DNA of 64,000 bases from a virus. Every line of letters starts with the position of its first letter. Position 1 is the first letter of the stretch. Of the stretch, positions 51,988 to 63,400 are shown piece after piece. Below the pieces are notes generated by a model. That model made no database searches. It saw only the letters and a program-made list of their open reading frames with translations, and had not been told where the DNA came from. The DNA lies in the IMG/VR virus record IMGVR_UViG_3300046542_000168, positions 1 to 64,000 of that record; one strand, given 5' to 3'. Made by a program: the position numbers and the translations under genes.

Positions 51988-53484
51988 ATGGACGAAGATA
52001 ATATCTCCCTGGAAACTGGGAGTAACGATACTCCTACGCTTACTATGGGTGAGATTGGCCGTTCTGGCTTGATCGTACTAGGTGGGAACATCTTCGAAGA
52101 GTGTCAGGATGAACTTCGGTGGCCACAAGCCGCTGAAACATATAAAGAGATGTCTAAAGACGCCTCTATTGCTGCCGCTCTCGATTATGTAGATAACAAA
52201 GTAGCCACAGCCGAGTGGGAAGTAAAGATCCCAGAAGGCTATGACGAAAAGCTCAAGACTCATGCAATCTTCCTGAAGCAATGCATGAACGATATGGAAC
52301 ACACATGGACCGACTTCATTAAGCAAGCTGCTTCTTTCGGTCGATATGGCTTCGCTCCTATCGAGAAGGTTTACCGCTACAGAGACAAGACAAAGGGAAG
52401 CAAGTACGGCGATATGCTGATTGCCCCCCGTAAGCTCGTTCTACGCTCCCAGGACTCTATTGATAGATGGAGATGGGGCACAAGCGGCAAAGACCTTCAG
52501 GGGTTCTACCAGAACGTCTGGAGCATGACATCCAACCCGATCAACAGTGAAGGTTGGGGCTACATTGATGGCCCACGCGAATTAGCACAGAAGTTTATCC
52601 CGCGTAAAAAGTTTCTCCTGTTCCGCCATAACCCACAGAAGGATAGCCCTACCGGCACATCCCCTCTGGCAAGTGTATGGCAAGCCTGGAAAATGAAGCA
52701 GGCATATCAAGAGGCTGAGGCCCTAGGTGCTGCTCAAGACGCAAACGCATTTAAGATCCTCTTCCTTCCGCCAGAGTATCTGGTATCGGACGCGGATGAA
52801 GATAAGAAAGAAGCCCTTAAGATTTTCCAGAAGGCTCTTTCAAACTCTCACAGAGCCCTGGAATCAGGAATCATCCTGCCTTACGTCACTGACGAACAAG
52901 GCAAGAAGATGTTCGACTTTGAAATTAAGAACATCGCCGGTACTTCCCGATATGACACTGACACCATTATTAATCGCTACAACCAAGAGATTCTTGTCGG
53001 CCTATTTGCCGACGTACTTGCTCTAGGAAGTGGTGGCGGTGGCGGTAGTTATTCACTCTCTGAATCGAAACTATCAGTTATCGACCTCGCTGTCCGGGCC
53101 CGCCTGGACGAGATTCGTAATCAGATCAACCACGACCTAGTTCGACAAATCTTCGAACTTAACGGATGGGACACTGAGGTAATGCCGTACTTCGAATACA
53201 GGCTACCAGAAGCAGTCAACTTAGAAGAACTAGGTAAGTTCATCCAGCGTGTTAAAGCGGTTGGTATGTTGCCTATTACTCCGAAAGTTGTGAACTGGGT
53301 ACTTAAGCTCGCTGAGATTCCTTATCAAGTTGATGAAGACGCCACTACAGAAGAACTTCTGAAGATGATGGGCGCCGATGAATCAGCATCTGGTGAGGGA
53401 ATGAAGGAAGGGTTGAGTTCGGGAACTGGCAAATCGTCGGGAGGAAGCGGTGACGCCTCTACCGGCAATAAAGAAAATGCCTAG
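51988..53484 (+). CDS. Portal protein
   Basis: Position after terminase, 498 aa, PTGTSPL and GSYSLS motifs. Confidence 0.85.
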   Translation: MDEDNISLETGSNDTPTLTMGEIGRSGLIVLGGNIFEECQDELRWPQAAETYKEMSKDASIAAALDYVDNKVATAEWEVKIPEGYDEKLKTHAIFLKQCMNDMEHTWTDFIKQAASFGRYGFAPIEKVYRYRDKTKGSKYGDMLIAPRKLVLRSQDSIDRWRWGTSGKDLQGFYQNVWSMTSNPINSEGWGYIDGPRELAQKFIPRKKFLLFRHNPQKDSPTGTSPLASVWQAWKMKQAYQEAEALGAAQDANAFKILFLPPEYLVSDADEDKKEALKIFQKALSNSHRALESGIILPYVTDEQGKKMFDFEIKNIAGTSRYDTDTIINRYNQEILVGLFADVLALGSGGGGGSYSLSESKLSVIDLAVRARLDEIRNQINHDLVRQIFELNGWDTEVMPYFEYRLPEAVNLEELGKFIQRVKAVGMLPITPKVVNWVLKLAEIPYQVDEDATTEELLKMMGADESASGEGMKEGLSSGTGKSSGGSGDASTGNKENA

Positions 53485-53492
53485 GAGTAGAG

Positions 53493-54887
53493 ATGGCTCA
53501 CACCCTTATTAGACTCAGGGAGAAGTATTACAACACTCCCCTGTTGGTAGACACAGAGACATTTAACTCTGTGATGTCCTACCTAGATACACGCAACGAC
53601 GGCAATGTAGAAATTAACGCTCGAAGCGGAGAGGACGAAAGCGGGCATTCCCGCATCCTCTACAACGAAGATACACAGACCGCTGTTATGCACATTGAAG
53701 GTCCACTGACATATCGTCCAGTTACTTTCATGGGCTTCGACTGCGGCGGAACTAACTACACCGATCTAAAGCAAGATGTTGAAACGGCCATTGATATGGG
53801 CGCCAAGACAATTGCCTGGATGGTAGATAGTGGTGGTGGTGAAGCACATCAGATGTCGGACTCTGCGAAGTACATTCGCAAGCTACTTGATGAAAGTGGT
53901 GTTCGACTCCTGGCGTATGTAGATGGCCGGTCGGCCTCTGCTGCTTACGGCCTTACAGCTATCGCTGATGAAATCATTGCCTCACGAGATTCCGAACTAG
54001 GAAGCATCGGGGTACTTGTTCAACTCATCAACGATTCCCAGGCCATGAAGAAAGAAGGCTATGAACGCACGTTCATTACTGCCGGTGACGACAAGATCCC
54101 GTTTGCCGAAGATGGAAGTTGGCGTGAAGGATTCTTAGCTGATCTTCAGAAAAAAGTAGACATCACCTACAAAGACTTTACCGAGCATGTTGCTGACCAC
54201 AGAGGCATCTCAGTAGAAACAGTTAAGTCCACTCAAGCACGAATGTTCTTTGCAACAGATGCTATCGGGTTGGGCCTCGCTGACAAAGTAATGACTCCTG
54301 AAGAGTTCTATACATATCTGGCTGATGAAGCCCAATCAAACATGAGTGGAAACGCTGTGTTCAAACCACGCATTTTTAAATCTATGTCCGCACAGGATGA
54401 CCCTATGAAACTAGCTGAACTGGAAGCTCAACTTACCGAGCTGACAACTAAACTAGCCGACGCCGAAGCAACTATCGCTGCAAGCGTAGAAGCTAACACA
54501 TCAGCCGCTCAGGCTGTTGTCGAGGCTCTGGCAACTAATGAAACTCTGGCTTCGCAACTACTGGCTGCTCAAGACGAACTAACTTCGCTTAAAGCAGAGA
54601 AAGCAGAAGCTGCTCTAGCCTCTCGTAAAGCTTCCCTACTTGCTGCTGCTGTTCCGGCTGATCGTGTTGAAGGAATGATGACAAGTCTGTCGTCGCTTGA
54701 TGACGCAACCTTCCAGACTGTAGTTGATGGCTTCGCTGCCACTAAAGCAACTGTAGAACAATCTGCACTTATGACCGAACTAGGTCAAGACGCAGAAGTT
54801 GAAGCTCCTGCAAAAGCAACTGCTGATGCTGACGCAGCAGACGCTGCAACTCGTGCCGCTATCGCTCGTCGCGCTAACCGCAAGTAA
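53493..54887 (+). CDS. S49-family head maturation protease with scaffold C-terminus
   Basis: DSGGG, SASAAY, GSIGV; Ala-rich coiled tail. Confidence 0.88.
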   Translation: MAHTLIRLREKYYNTPLLVDTETFNSVMSYLDTRNDGNVEINARSGEDESGHSRILYNEDTQTAVMHIEGPLTYRPVTFMGFDCGGTNYTDLKQDVETAIDMGAKTIAWMVDSGGGEAHQMSDSAKYIRKLLDESGVRLLAYVDGRSASAAYGLTAIADEIIASRDSELGSIGVLVQLINDSQAMKKEGYERTFITAGDDKIPFAEDGSWREGFLADLQKKVDITYKDFTEHVADHRGISVETVKSTQARMFFATDAIGLGLADKVMTPEEFYTYLADEAQSNMSGNAVFKPRIFKSMSAQDDPMKLAELEAQLTELTTKLADAEATIAASVEANTSAAQAVVEALATNETLASQLLAAQDELTSLKAEKAEAALASRKASLLAAAVPADRVEGMMTSLSSLDDATFQTVVDGFAATKATVEQSALMTELGQDAEVEAPAKATADADAADAATRAAIARRANRK

Positions 54888-54914
54888 TTACCCCCCGAAC
54901 TTTAAGGAATAAAA

Positions 54915-55367
54915 ATGCCATTCCAAGCTATGCCTGTGCGTGAAAAACGCCTATCTGACCTAGTTGTTTTCGAAGGTTTCGAACCAACAGTTGGTTATAA
55001 CCGTCGTGACATTAACGTCACCCCTCCTGCCGCTAGTGCTCCAGTAAAACTAGGGACCATCGTGTTCCGTGCTAAATCGACTGACGAAGCTGCTCCATTC
55101 GCAGTAGTTGCGGCTGTTGGTGACATTGCTCTGACTAACGAGTACGCAGTCGTTATTGGCGACCACTACGGCTACAAGCCTTCATTTGTTCCTGCCGCTA
55201 TTGCTGCTGGCAAGTTCAACTCGATTGGTTACACAAGTGGTCCGATGAAAATCAAAGACTACCTGCCTAAACAAATCCACTCCGCCCTCAACCCTACTCA
55301 GTTTGCTGCCCTGGCACAAGCACTAGAGAAGCAGGGCATCGTCGTAGTTGACCACGTAATCGTTTGA
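54915..55367 (+). CDS. Head decoration protein
   Basis: Between protease and capsid genes; ends LEKQGIVV. Confidence 0.7.
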   Translation: MPFQAMPVREKRLSDLVVFEGFEPTVGYNRRDINVTPPAASAPVKLGTIVFRAKSTDEAAPFAVVAAVGDIALTNEYAVVIGDHYGYKPSFVPAAIAAGKFNSIGYTSGPMKIKDYLPKQIHSALNPTQFAALAQALEKQGIVVVDHVIV

Positions 55368-55417
55368 TTACGTGTTTCACCACAACTAACTAATATCATA
55401 GGACATAGAGACTTATT

Positions 55418-56503
55418 ATGGGTATCACTCTTAACCGTAACAACCTTGGTAAGGTTGTTGACCGTACCGACGTACTGGTAGATGTACCGTACACAGCGGA
55501 CATCACCGAAGCACTGGGTCTGTTTACTGACCACTACAGCACACAGAAGACTGTTGAAATTGTTCGTAAGAGCAGCAACCAACAAATTCTGACCGACAGC
55601 AACTGGGATAGTGGCCGTGGGCAAACACTGACTGTAGAACCAACTCGTGAATTCGTTCACGCTAGCATCCCGCACATCAGTGCATCGGACGCTATCTACC
55701 CGCACGACCTAGACGGCGTAGTGCAGATCGACGACAGCGTTGAAATCATGAATCTCGCTCAGGTAGCGGACATTCGTGCAGAGAAGATGCTGACTCTGAA
55801 AGATGCTCACAACCTGACTCAGGTTGCAGCTCGTTTCCAACTTCTGCGTGACGGTACTGTTTACGCACCGAACAAAACCCTGCGTACAAGCTACGGCGAC
55901 ACCATCAACTTCTACACAGAGTTCGGTGTTACACGTCAGTCTATCGCAATGGACTTCGGCAACACAGTAGACCCGCGTGCTCAGTCCCGCGAAGTACTGG
56001 CCAACCTGCGTAAAGACCTGCGTGGAACAACTGGCGCCCTTCGTGGTGTAGTTGCACTAGTAGGTAGCGAGTTCTTCACCAAGGTGATTATGAACCCGTA
56101 TGTAACAGAAATGCTTAAGAGCCTGCCGACTTCCCAGTCCCTGGCAACTCTTCTGGGTGTTAATGCTGATGACCCGCGCTTCGCTGGTCTGAATGAGCGT
56201 TTCCCTAGCATCAGCCTGTTCGGTATCACCTATGTAGACGTAGGTGTTTCGGGTTACGACGTAGGGAACTCTTTCGTTCCGTTCGTTGCTGATGACGAAG
56301 GTATTCTGCTGCCAGTAGGTCTGACCAACTTGGCGAAGACTTACTACGCTCCAGCTAACCGCTTCAGCTCGGTTAACAAGAAGTCGCAAGGTAGCTACTG
56401 GTTCGAATCCGCTTCTGACCAGAAGATCACCATCGACACAGAACAGAACTTCATGAACGCCCTGCTATGGCCAGCGGCTGTGAAGACTCTGACCCTGGCG
56501 TAA
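55418..56503 (+). CDS. Major capsid protein (lambda gpE-like)
   Basis: 361 aa; FYTEFGVT, YYAPA motifs; synteny. Confidence 0.85.
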   Translation: MGITLNRNNLGKVVDRTDVLVDVPYTADITEALGLFTDHYSTQKTVEIVRKSSNQQILTDSNWDSGRGQTLTVEPTREFVHASIPHISASDAIYPHDLDGVVQIDDSVEIMNLAQVADIRAEKMLTLKDAHNLTQVAARFQLLRDGTVYAPNKTLRTSYGDTINFYTEFGVTRQSIAMDFGNTVDPRAQSREVLANLRKDLRGTTGALRGVVALVGSEFFTKVIMNPYVTEMLKSLPTSQSLATLLGVNADDPRFAGLNERFPSISLFGITYVDVGVSGYDVGNSFVPFVADDEGILLPVGLTNLAKTYYAPANRFSSVNKKSQGSYWFESASDQKITIDTEQNFMNALLWPAAVKTLTLA

Positions 56504-56509
56504 TTGAAC

Positions 56510-56536
56510 TGGGGCGGTCTTGTGCCGCCCCATTCT
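56510..56536 (+). terminator. Terminator after the capsid gene
   Basis: TGGGGCGG/CCGCCCCA hairpin. Confidence 0.6.
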
Positions 56537-56554
56537 GCCTTCTAGGAGAAGTAT

Positions 56555-56761
56555 ATGAAACTTGATGACTTGTTCATCCAGGCTGGCTGGATTGCTACTT
56601 GCCGCCAACTTGCCGCTACGCTGCCGAATAAGGCTGGTATTACCGCTCTTACTCCAGTGTCAGTTGCAAACGCTACAGACGCTACAACTGCTGCAACCCT
56701 GGCTAACGCTAATAAGGTTGCTATCAACGCAATCATTGCTGCACTAAAGAACGTGGCGTAA
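56555..56761 (+). CDS. Small virion (head fibre-like) protein
   Basis: ATDATTAATLANANKVAINAIIAALK; AGGAG RBS. Confidence 0.6.
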   Translation: MKLDDLFIQAGWIATCRQLAATLPNKAGITALTPVSVANATDATTAATLANANKVAINAIIAALKNVA

Positions 56762-56767
56762 ATAAAG

Positions 56768-57406
56768 ATGGCGTATCAACTCCCTAACGGATCTACTTTT
56801 GAATTTGCTAGCGGGTATACGCCGTTTTTAACAATCACGGCGATTTCTCGTGCTGCAAACGCTGTATGTACCGTATCAAGTCACACCCTAACAATCAACC
56901 AGATCGTAATGATTAAGTCTGGCTGGTGGGACATTGACGGACGCGCATTTAGAGTTTCAGCAGTTACGGCTACAACATTCACGTTGGCCGGTGCTGATAC
57001 TACAGATACAAAGAGGAACGTTGGAACTAACTACGGCACAGCCCGTGGAGTTACCGCATGGGTACAAGTACCCCAGATCCTCAATCTCACTCTCTCCGGT
57101 GGAGAGCAGCAATACACAACATTTAGCCCCTCACGTTCCGGCAAGGAAGTCAGTCGCCCCACTATAAAGAGTGCAGCGGTCATGACACTTGAGGTAGCTG
57201 ATGACAAATCCCTCCCCCTGTTTTCCACAATTGAACTTGCATCGGAAACAGAAGAGATTCAGGTGCAACGCCTGACACTTATTAACTCCGATTACATCTT
57301 GTACGCAAGCTTAGCCTCGATGACTAAGACGCCTAAGATGCAACGCGATCAGTTAATGACAAGAACAATTTCCCTGGCTCTCCAGGGAGACAACACCCGA
57401 TATTAA
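56768..57406 (+). CDS. Tail tube protein paralog
   Basis: MAYQLPNGSTF, SGGEQQ; homologous to 59085..59726. Confidence 0.75.
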   Translation: MAYQLPNGSTFEFASGYTPFLTITAISRAANAVCTVSSHTLTINQIVMIKSGWWDIDGRAFRVSAVTATTFTLAGADTTDTKRNVGTNYGTARGVTAWVQVPQILNLTLSGGEQQYTTFSPSRSGKEVSRPTIKSAAVMTLEVADDKSLPLFSTIELASETEEIQVQRLTLINSDYILYASLASMTKTPKMQRDQLMTRTISLALQGDNTRY

Positions 57407-57415
57407 GGAAGCAAG

Positions 57416-57850
57416 ATGGCTGCAACAACTGAAGAAAAGATTGCTTTTATCAAGCTCCGTATCGGTGATGTAACTAGTAACCCTATCTTCCCTATGTTTA
57501 CCGATGAAGAGTACACAGTTGTACTTGATGGGAACAGTGGGAACATTGAACGAACTACCCGCATGATGGCTATCAGTGCCACGATGATTGTTGGCTCTGT
57601 TAGCACTAGGGAAATGGTTGGTGACATCGAAGTACAGAACGTCTTCGCTACGAACTACCTGAAAGCCCTGGACTACCTGATTAACGATCCGATGACCCGC
57701 ATTCCAGCGAACCTAATGCCGTGGGTAGCAGGTATGGATAGCCAACCAACTAAGTTGGAACAGGCTTCCGACCTATCTTGTGGATGCCGCAACGGCCTAA
57801 CATTCGGCGGATATCAGTCAAGTTATCACCTCTGCACTTGCGGAGGTTGA
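57416..57850 (+). CDS. Head-tail adaptor
   Basis: IKLRIGD...FTDEE; synteny. Confidence 0.65.
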   Translation: MAATTEEKIAFIKLRIGDVTSNPIFPMFTDEEYTVVLDGNSGNIERTTRMMAISATMIVGSVSTREMVGDIEVQNVFATNYLKALDYLINDPMTRIPANLMPWVAGMDSQPTKLEQASDLSCGCRNGLTFGGYQSSYHLCTCGG

Positions 57851-57851
57851 T

Positions 57852-58241
57852 ATGGCCGATCTATTCGACCGACTGAGGAAGACAGTTGTTAAGCAACTGG
57901 CTCCCCGCTCTGTTGGTGGTAAGGGTATGGCTGGACTCCTTATTCGTAAGGAACGCACTTACAACCCCGATACTGACATGAACGAAGTGGTTGATACCAC
58001 TTACGACATCTCCGGCCTCAAGGCTACTTACAAGCTCCACTACGTCGATGGCTCGCTTATCCGTATGAGCGATGTGAAGTTCGATCTTAGTCCGTCGCTG
58101 TTAGATGGCACCGTATGCCCTACCCCAACTACTTCCGATCAGATTCAACTTGATGGAAAGGTTTACACCGTCGTCACAGTTGCTAACTGGAATGGTGCTG
58201 GTGATGACCTGGGCTGGGTCTTGCAACTGAGGACAGCCTAA
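57852..58241 (+). CDS. Head closure protein
   Basis: YNPDT, VDGSLI, LQLR; synteny. Confidence 0.65.
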   Translation: MADLFDRLRKTVVKQLAPRSVGGKGMAGLLIRKERTYNPDTDMNEVVDTTYDISGLKATYKLHYVDGSLIRMSDVKFDLSPSLLDGTVCPTPTTSDQIQLDGKVYTVVTVANWNGAGDDLGWVLQLRTA

Positions 58242-58660
58242 TGGCTAATGGATTCGACTCTTTCACAAAAGACCTCGAAGGCTTTGTTAAGCGTACAGAG
58301 AAGGCTCTGACAGATTCATTCAGAGAGTTGGTAGTAGAGATTGGTGCAACAGTAATCAAGTTCTCTCCAGTCCTTACAGGCCGCTTTAAAGGCAACTGGC
58401 AGATGACTGTCGGTTCACCTTCGACCCACAGTGTACCTAACTACGATCCTGAAGGGGCAGCAACACTCGCTCAACTCAAGATCATGGCTTCAACACTTAC
58501 TCCAGGCGAGATTGCTTACATCGTCAATAACCTCTCCTACGCCTATAAGGTCGAAGTTGAAGGTTGGAAAGTTACACCCGCCTATCAGCCAGTGCTACGC
58601 ACATACGCAGAGTTTGATGCTCTTGCGAATGAGGCAGTACTAAGGAACAGGGTGGGCTAA
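58241..58660 (+). CDS. Neck protein (HK97 gp10-like)
   Basis: SPVLTGRFKGNW, NNLSYA. Confidence 0.75.
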   Translation: MANGFDSFTKDLEGFVKRTEKALTDSFRELVVEIGATVIKFSPVLTGRFKGNWQMTVGSPSTHSVPNYDPEGAATLAQLKIMASTLTPGEIAYIVNNLSYAYKVEVEGWKVTPAYQPVLRTYAEFDALANEAVLRNRVG

Positions 58661-59070
58661 TGAGCGATAGTAAAATTCGCAAAGCTTTTAACGACATCGT
58701 TCGAGGATATGGAACTTCGAAAGGTTGGGTAGTTGTTATTGAGAACTCAGTAGCCACGCCGCCGCCTAATCAACCATATCTGAAAACAACACTTGGCCCA
58801 TCTACACCTAGGGCCAGTACTTTAGCAGGTGATGGCAAGACTTACCGTGGAGCATTCCAGGTGATGGTTGTTGTTCCTGCTGGAGAAGGAACAGGACGTG
58901 TCACGACCATCATTGATGAGTTGCAGGAACTCTTCCCGCTCTATGGGCGAGTAAGTTACGGCACTAATGAAGCCGTGATTATGACGCCGATTCAAACATT
59001 AATGGGCATTACAGATGGTGGAAATTACTCCACCCCAGTCTCTTTTACCTACCGCTCTGATACAAACTAA
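58660..59070 (+). CDS. Tail terminator protein
   Basis: GAFQV...PAGEG...PVSFTYR; synteny. Confidence 0.75.
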   Translation: MSDSKIRKAFNDIVRGYGTSKGWVVVIENSVATPPPNQPYLKTTLGPSTPRASTLAGDGKTYRGAFQVMVVVPAGEGTGRVTTIIDELQELFPLYGRVSYGTNEAVIMTPIQTLMGITDGGNYSTPVSFTYRSDTN

Positions 59071-59084
59071 CGAGGAAACTCAAT

Positions 59085-59726
59085 ATGGCATATGCATTGC
59101 CGAACGGCAGCACCTTCGACGTGGCAAGTGTCCTTGCTGCTGCGAAACCAATTACAACCATCACTAACGCTACTACCCCGCTAGTTACATCGACAGCTCA
59201 CGGTCTTCTGACTGGTGATTATGTTGTCGTTACATCGGGCTGGTCGAAGCTAAACAACCGCGTTTTCCGTATCACAATCGGTACTGCAAACGACTTCACA
59301 CTTCAGGGTGTAGATACTACTTCTACTGCCAACTTCCCTGCTGGCCAGGGTGTAGGTACATACCAGAAAGTGACTACCTGGGTAAACATCCCACAGATCA
59401 CTGAAGTATCGTTCTCTGGTGGTGAGCAACAATTCATTAACTTCGCCTTCCTTGAAGATGTTGATGAGAAGCAGATGCCAACAAGTAAGTCGGCTATCTC
59501 GATGTCACTGACTGTAGCGGATGACCCATCCCTTCCATACGTGACTATTGTTGAAGCTGCGGACGTTGACCTGAAACCTCGCCCAGTTCGCCTTAACCTA
59601 GTCTCTGGCTCGGTAATGGCTTACAACGCGATTGTCAGCATCACTGCAACTCCGACTGTTACCCGCGATGAACTGATGACCCGTGTTATCACCCTCTCGC
59701 TGCAAGCACGTCCAACACGTCTGTAA
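59085..59726 (+). CDS. Major tail tube protein
   Basis: MAYALPNGSTF, SGGEQQF; directly upstream of the chaperones. Confidence 0.85.
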   Translation: MAYALPNGSTFDVASVLAAAKPITTITNATTPLVTSTAHGLLTGDYVVVTSGWSKLNNRVFRITIGTANDFTLQGVDTTSTANFPAGQGVGTYQKVTTWVNIPQITEVSFSGGEQQFINFAFLEDVDEKQMPTSKSAISMSLTVADDPSLPYVTIVEAADVDLKPRPVRLNLVSGSVMAYNAIVSITATPTVTRDELMTRVITLSLQARPTRL

Positions 59727-59733
59727 GGACATA

Positions 59734-59756
59734 GCCGCCCTTCGGGGCGGCATTTT
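59734..59756 (+). terminator. Terminator
   Basis: GCCGCCC-TTCG-GGGCGGC-ATTTT. Confidence 0.7.
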
Positions 59757-59776
59757 ATAACAAGGAAAAAGTTATA

Positions 59777-60154
59777 ATGGCTAAATTTAAGATTGCCCAG
59801 AATCCAACATTCACTACTACCGTATCTATTCCACGGGTTGGTGGTGATCCGATTGATGTACCGTTCACATTTCGCAACCTAGGCCGTACCCAGCTCGCTG
59901 CTGTTTACGACAAGTGGAGCGATGCAGCTAGCCAATTCTCGCTAGATGACGATGACATTACATTTACATCGCTGGCTGATGCCGACAAGACCGTCCAGGC
60001 ACAGCAAATTAAAGATATCGTGCTGAGCTGGGGATTCGAAGATGACTTCAATGAAGAAAACATCCTCGCCCTTTGCGACACATGCACCCTTGCTGCACAG
60101 GCTATTGTTGAAGCGTACCGTAAAGAGTATGCCGAGGCCCGCCTAAAAAACTAA
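59777..60154 (+). CDS. Tail assembly chaperone (gpG-like)
   Basis: MAKFKIAQNPTF...ARLKN. Confidence 0.85.
   Translation: MAKFKIAQNPTFTTTVSIPRVGGDPIDVPFTFRNLGRTQLAAVYDKWSDAASQFSLDDDDITFTSLADADKTVQAQQIKDIVLSWGFEDDFNEENILALCDTCTLAAQAIVEAYRKEYAEARLKN
60145..60151 (+). other. -1 programmed frameshift slippery site (G/GT)
   Basis: A AAA AAC just before TAA; the -1 frame is open (LRSAARALYD...) into 60202..60471. Confidence 0.75.
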
Positions 60155-60201
60155 GAAGCGCCGCCCGTGCGCTATACGACAGAGCCCCAGACGCTAACAA
60201 G

Positions 60202-60471
60202 ATGGCGGCCTGGGGCTTTTCTATGGGCGACTTGCTAGAAGAAGAGATTGAACTATGGCCAGACTGTTGGCCTGCATTCCTTATCTTCGAAGCAATGTCC
60301 ACTCAATGGAGAGTCGGTATGGGCGGTGCTATCGGTCTTGACTATCAGGCCCTTCCCGTCGTTGTGAAGTACCTCGAAGTCGATGAACAAGATATGCCCC
60401 TGGCGTTTAATGACATTCGCGTAATGGAAGCGGAAGCTCTGAAGAAGATGGCCGAGGGGAGAGATAAGTAA
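60202..60471 (+). CDS. Tail assembly chaperone gpT part (DUF1799-like)
   Basis: WPDCWPA...TQWRVGMGG.IGLDY. Confidence 0.8.
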   Translation: MAAWGFSMGDLLEEEIELWPDCWPAFLIFEAMSTQWRVGMGGAIGLDYQALPVVVKYLEVDEQDMPLAFNDIRVMEAEALKKMAEGRDK

Positions 60472-60485
60472 GACTTGGAGACACA

Positions 60486-63400
60486 ATGACATATATTGCT
60501 AATTTGCAAATCAAGGTTGACTCCACGGAAGTTGAATCAGCCACAGATAAACTTCATGAACTGATCCAGGCTTCTAAGGGCCTGGGCAACAGTCCTCTCT
60601 CGAAACCACTTCCCCCTGTTAAGCCGCCTCCACAGCCGAAGCAACCTAAGAGTAGTCCAGATGATAAGTCTGCTGATAAGCTCCTGGCTCAGATTGATAA
60701 ACAGACCGGTAGCCTACAGAAACTGACTAAGCAGCAGTCCATGCTTAATCAGGCCCGTGATGCTGGTACTGTATCTGATGATAGCTTTGCTAAATACAAT
60801 CAGATTATCGAGACAAACAAGAAGGCAGTACTCGACCGGGGTAATGTTGTAGAGCAAGCCAGCAAGAAGGAAATCGCTGCTGAGCAAGCCCGCCTCGATG
60901 CGTGGTACAAAAGTGCTGATGGACGTAAAACGGTTGACTCAGAGTATCTAGACTCACTTGCAAAAGGCTCCCAGGCTCGCCAGAAGAGAGTTGCGGAAGA
61001 AGATGCCAGCGAGCGTCAGCGCCTTGATAGCTGGTTCGCTAACGCGGACAAACAAAAGAAGGCCGAAGCTAAGGATATTGAAGACCGGCATTCAGCTCTT
61101 GCAACAGCTTCGAAAGATCGAATTAAACAAGAAGCGGCTGCTCAAAAAGCCCGTGATGCTATTGACAAAGCGAAAAAGGATAGTACACTTGCGGCATCTA
61201 AAGCAGATGATGATGCAGCCGCAAAAGCTGAACTAGCCTCGAAGAAACGTCAGAAGGCGTTGGACGATGAGGCTAAAGGTTTACAGAACCTTCTAGCAGC
61301 AATTGACCCTGTTACAAAAGAGCGTCAACGCCTCGCTAAGCTAGAAGCTGAGTTAGAGAAAAATTACAGTAGCGGTAAAATCACTGAGCAACAACGCGGC
61401 CAATACCAGTCGGTAATTGACGAAGCTCGGCAGAAGACTGACCGCTATAAAAACTCCCTAGGCCGAACTGCCCTGACTGCTAAGCAGCTTCAGATGGCAC
61501 AAGCTGGCCTCCCCGCTCAGTTTACTGACATTGCTGTTTCCCTTCAGGGTGGACAAGCGCCGCTAACTGTCTTCCTGCAACAGGGCGGGCAGATTAAGGA
61601 CATGTTCGGTGGAACAGTCCCTGCAATTAAGGGTGTTACATCGGCATTTGTCGGTCTGATTAATCCTATTACTATCCTCGGCGCCACGGTCCTAGCACTT
61701 GGCGGTATCTGGTATGACGCTGAGCGCCGGATGTCTGCTCTCAATGCGGCCATCTATAAAGGCAATGAATTGGTCGGAACTTCTAAGTTCGGGCTTGAGG
61801 TAATTGCTGAAGGTGCAACTGTTGCTGGCAACTCTGTTGCTGAAGCTCAAGAGGCCATCACGGCCCTGGCTGCAACTGGTGAAGTATCCTCTAGCCGTCT
61901 CGCTAACTTCGGTAAGGCCGCTCAGGCTATCGCTGTAACGTCTGGTAAAGACATTAGTGCAGTAGCTGAAGAGATGGCAACCCTGGGCGACACGGCCACA
62001 GAGAAGGCTGAGAAGCTTAGTGAGAAGTACGCGATTGTAACTGCTGAACAGTATGAAACAATCCGTGCCCTGGAGAAGAAAGGCGAAACTGAAGAGGCAA
62101 TGGACGTACTTAGTTCAAGCCTCGCAGGAAACGCTCAGGAACGCTTGCAGCGCTACCGTGACTCCCTCTCCGACCTCGAAAGAGATTGGATGGATGTTAA
62201 GACCGCGATCAGCAATGCCTATGGCGCAGTTCGTGCGGAACTCTTCCCCGACCTCAACGATGAGATTACCCAACTTCAGCGTATTATCAAGACGCGGAAA
62301 GAAGGTGGTGTAACTGGCACTATCTCTAGCTTCCTCGGCTTCGGTGATAATTCAGACGAAGCTCTGAGCCAGCAACTACAGTCGCTAATTAATCGCAGAG
62401 ACTTTAAGAACAAGTATGATGCGGAAGTTGCTCGCCGCAATCAGGCCAACAAAGAAGTAGTTGAGTCTGAGAAAAAGCTATTCAAGGATCTTGAGAAAGC
62501 TGGCAAGACCGTCAAGAAGAACGAATACCTTGAAGACCTCAATAAGGAATTCGATTCTCTTGTTGAGAATGCTAAGACTCTTAAAACTATCCCTAAACTG
62601 CTGGAAGGCGTCACATGGACGACAGAAGGTGGATACAAGGGTGGTGCCTACGATACCCTGAAAGCTGAAGCTGAGCGTAAGTTTAAAGAGAAACAGCCTA
62701 AAACTCCTAAGTCCGCTATCCTAGATAACACTGACGCTAACGAGTTCCAGAATCAAGTTAACGAAGTTAAAGCCCGCTATAAGTCGATGAATGAGGACAT
62801 CATTCAGGCACAGAACGCTGGCACAATTTCAATGGCTGCTGGTGTAACTAAGCGTAAAGCTCTACTGGAGCAAGAAGCTACCCAGGTTAAAGATGCCTAT
62901 GAGAAGCAGATTGCTTCCCTTGAGGCATTGAAGGGCAGTAAGAACATCTCTGCCAATCAGGTTATCTCGATTGATCGTCAGATTGCTGATGCTCGCTCGA
63001 AGATGGTTGTTGCCCAGGAAGAGTCTGAGAAGCAACTGAAGAAGCTTGCCGGTGATGAAGAGACTCGCCTTAAAAAGCAGAGTCAAGCAATCTCCGCATA
63101 CGCTGAAAACCTCAATCAGATGGTGAAGAACCTCGAAGTTGCTGGCCAGCGTCAACGTGCTGCTCTATCAATGAGCAGTGGGCAGGCCGGACTTCAGGAC
63201 CAACTTAGCTCGGAAGATGACCGTTACAACGAAGAGCAACGTACTCTTACCCTGCAACTGGGTGAGGCTGGACGCGACCAGACTGAAGTAATTGCTAACT
63301 TGCGGGCTTCTGCTGCCGCTCACACTGCTATGAAAAAGCAGATCGTTACCAACTACGAAGAGATGAAAGCCGCCCAGGCTGATTGGGGAGCCGGTGTTAG

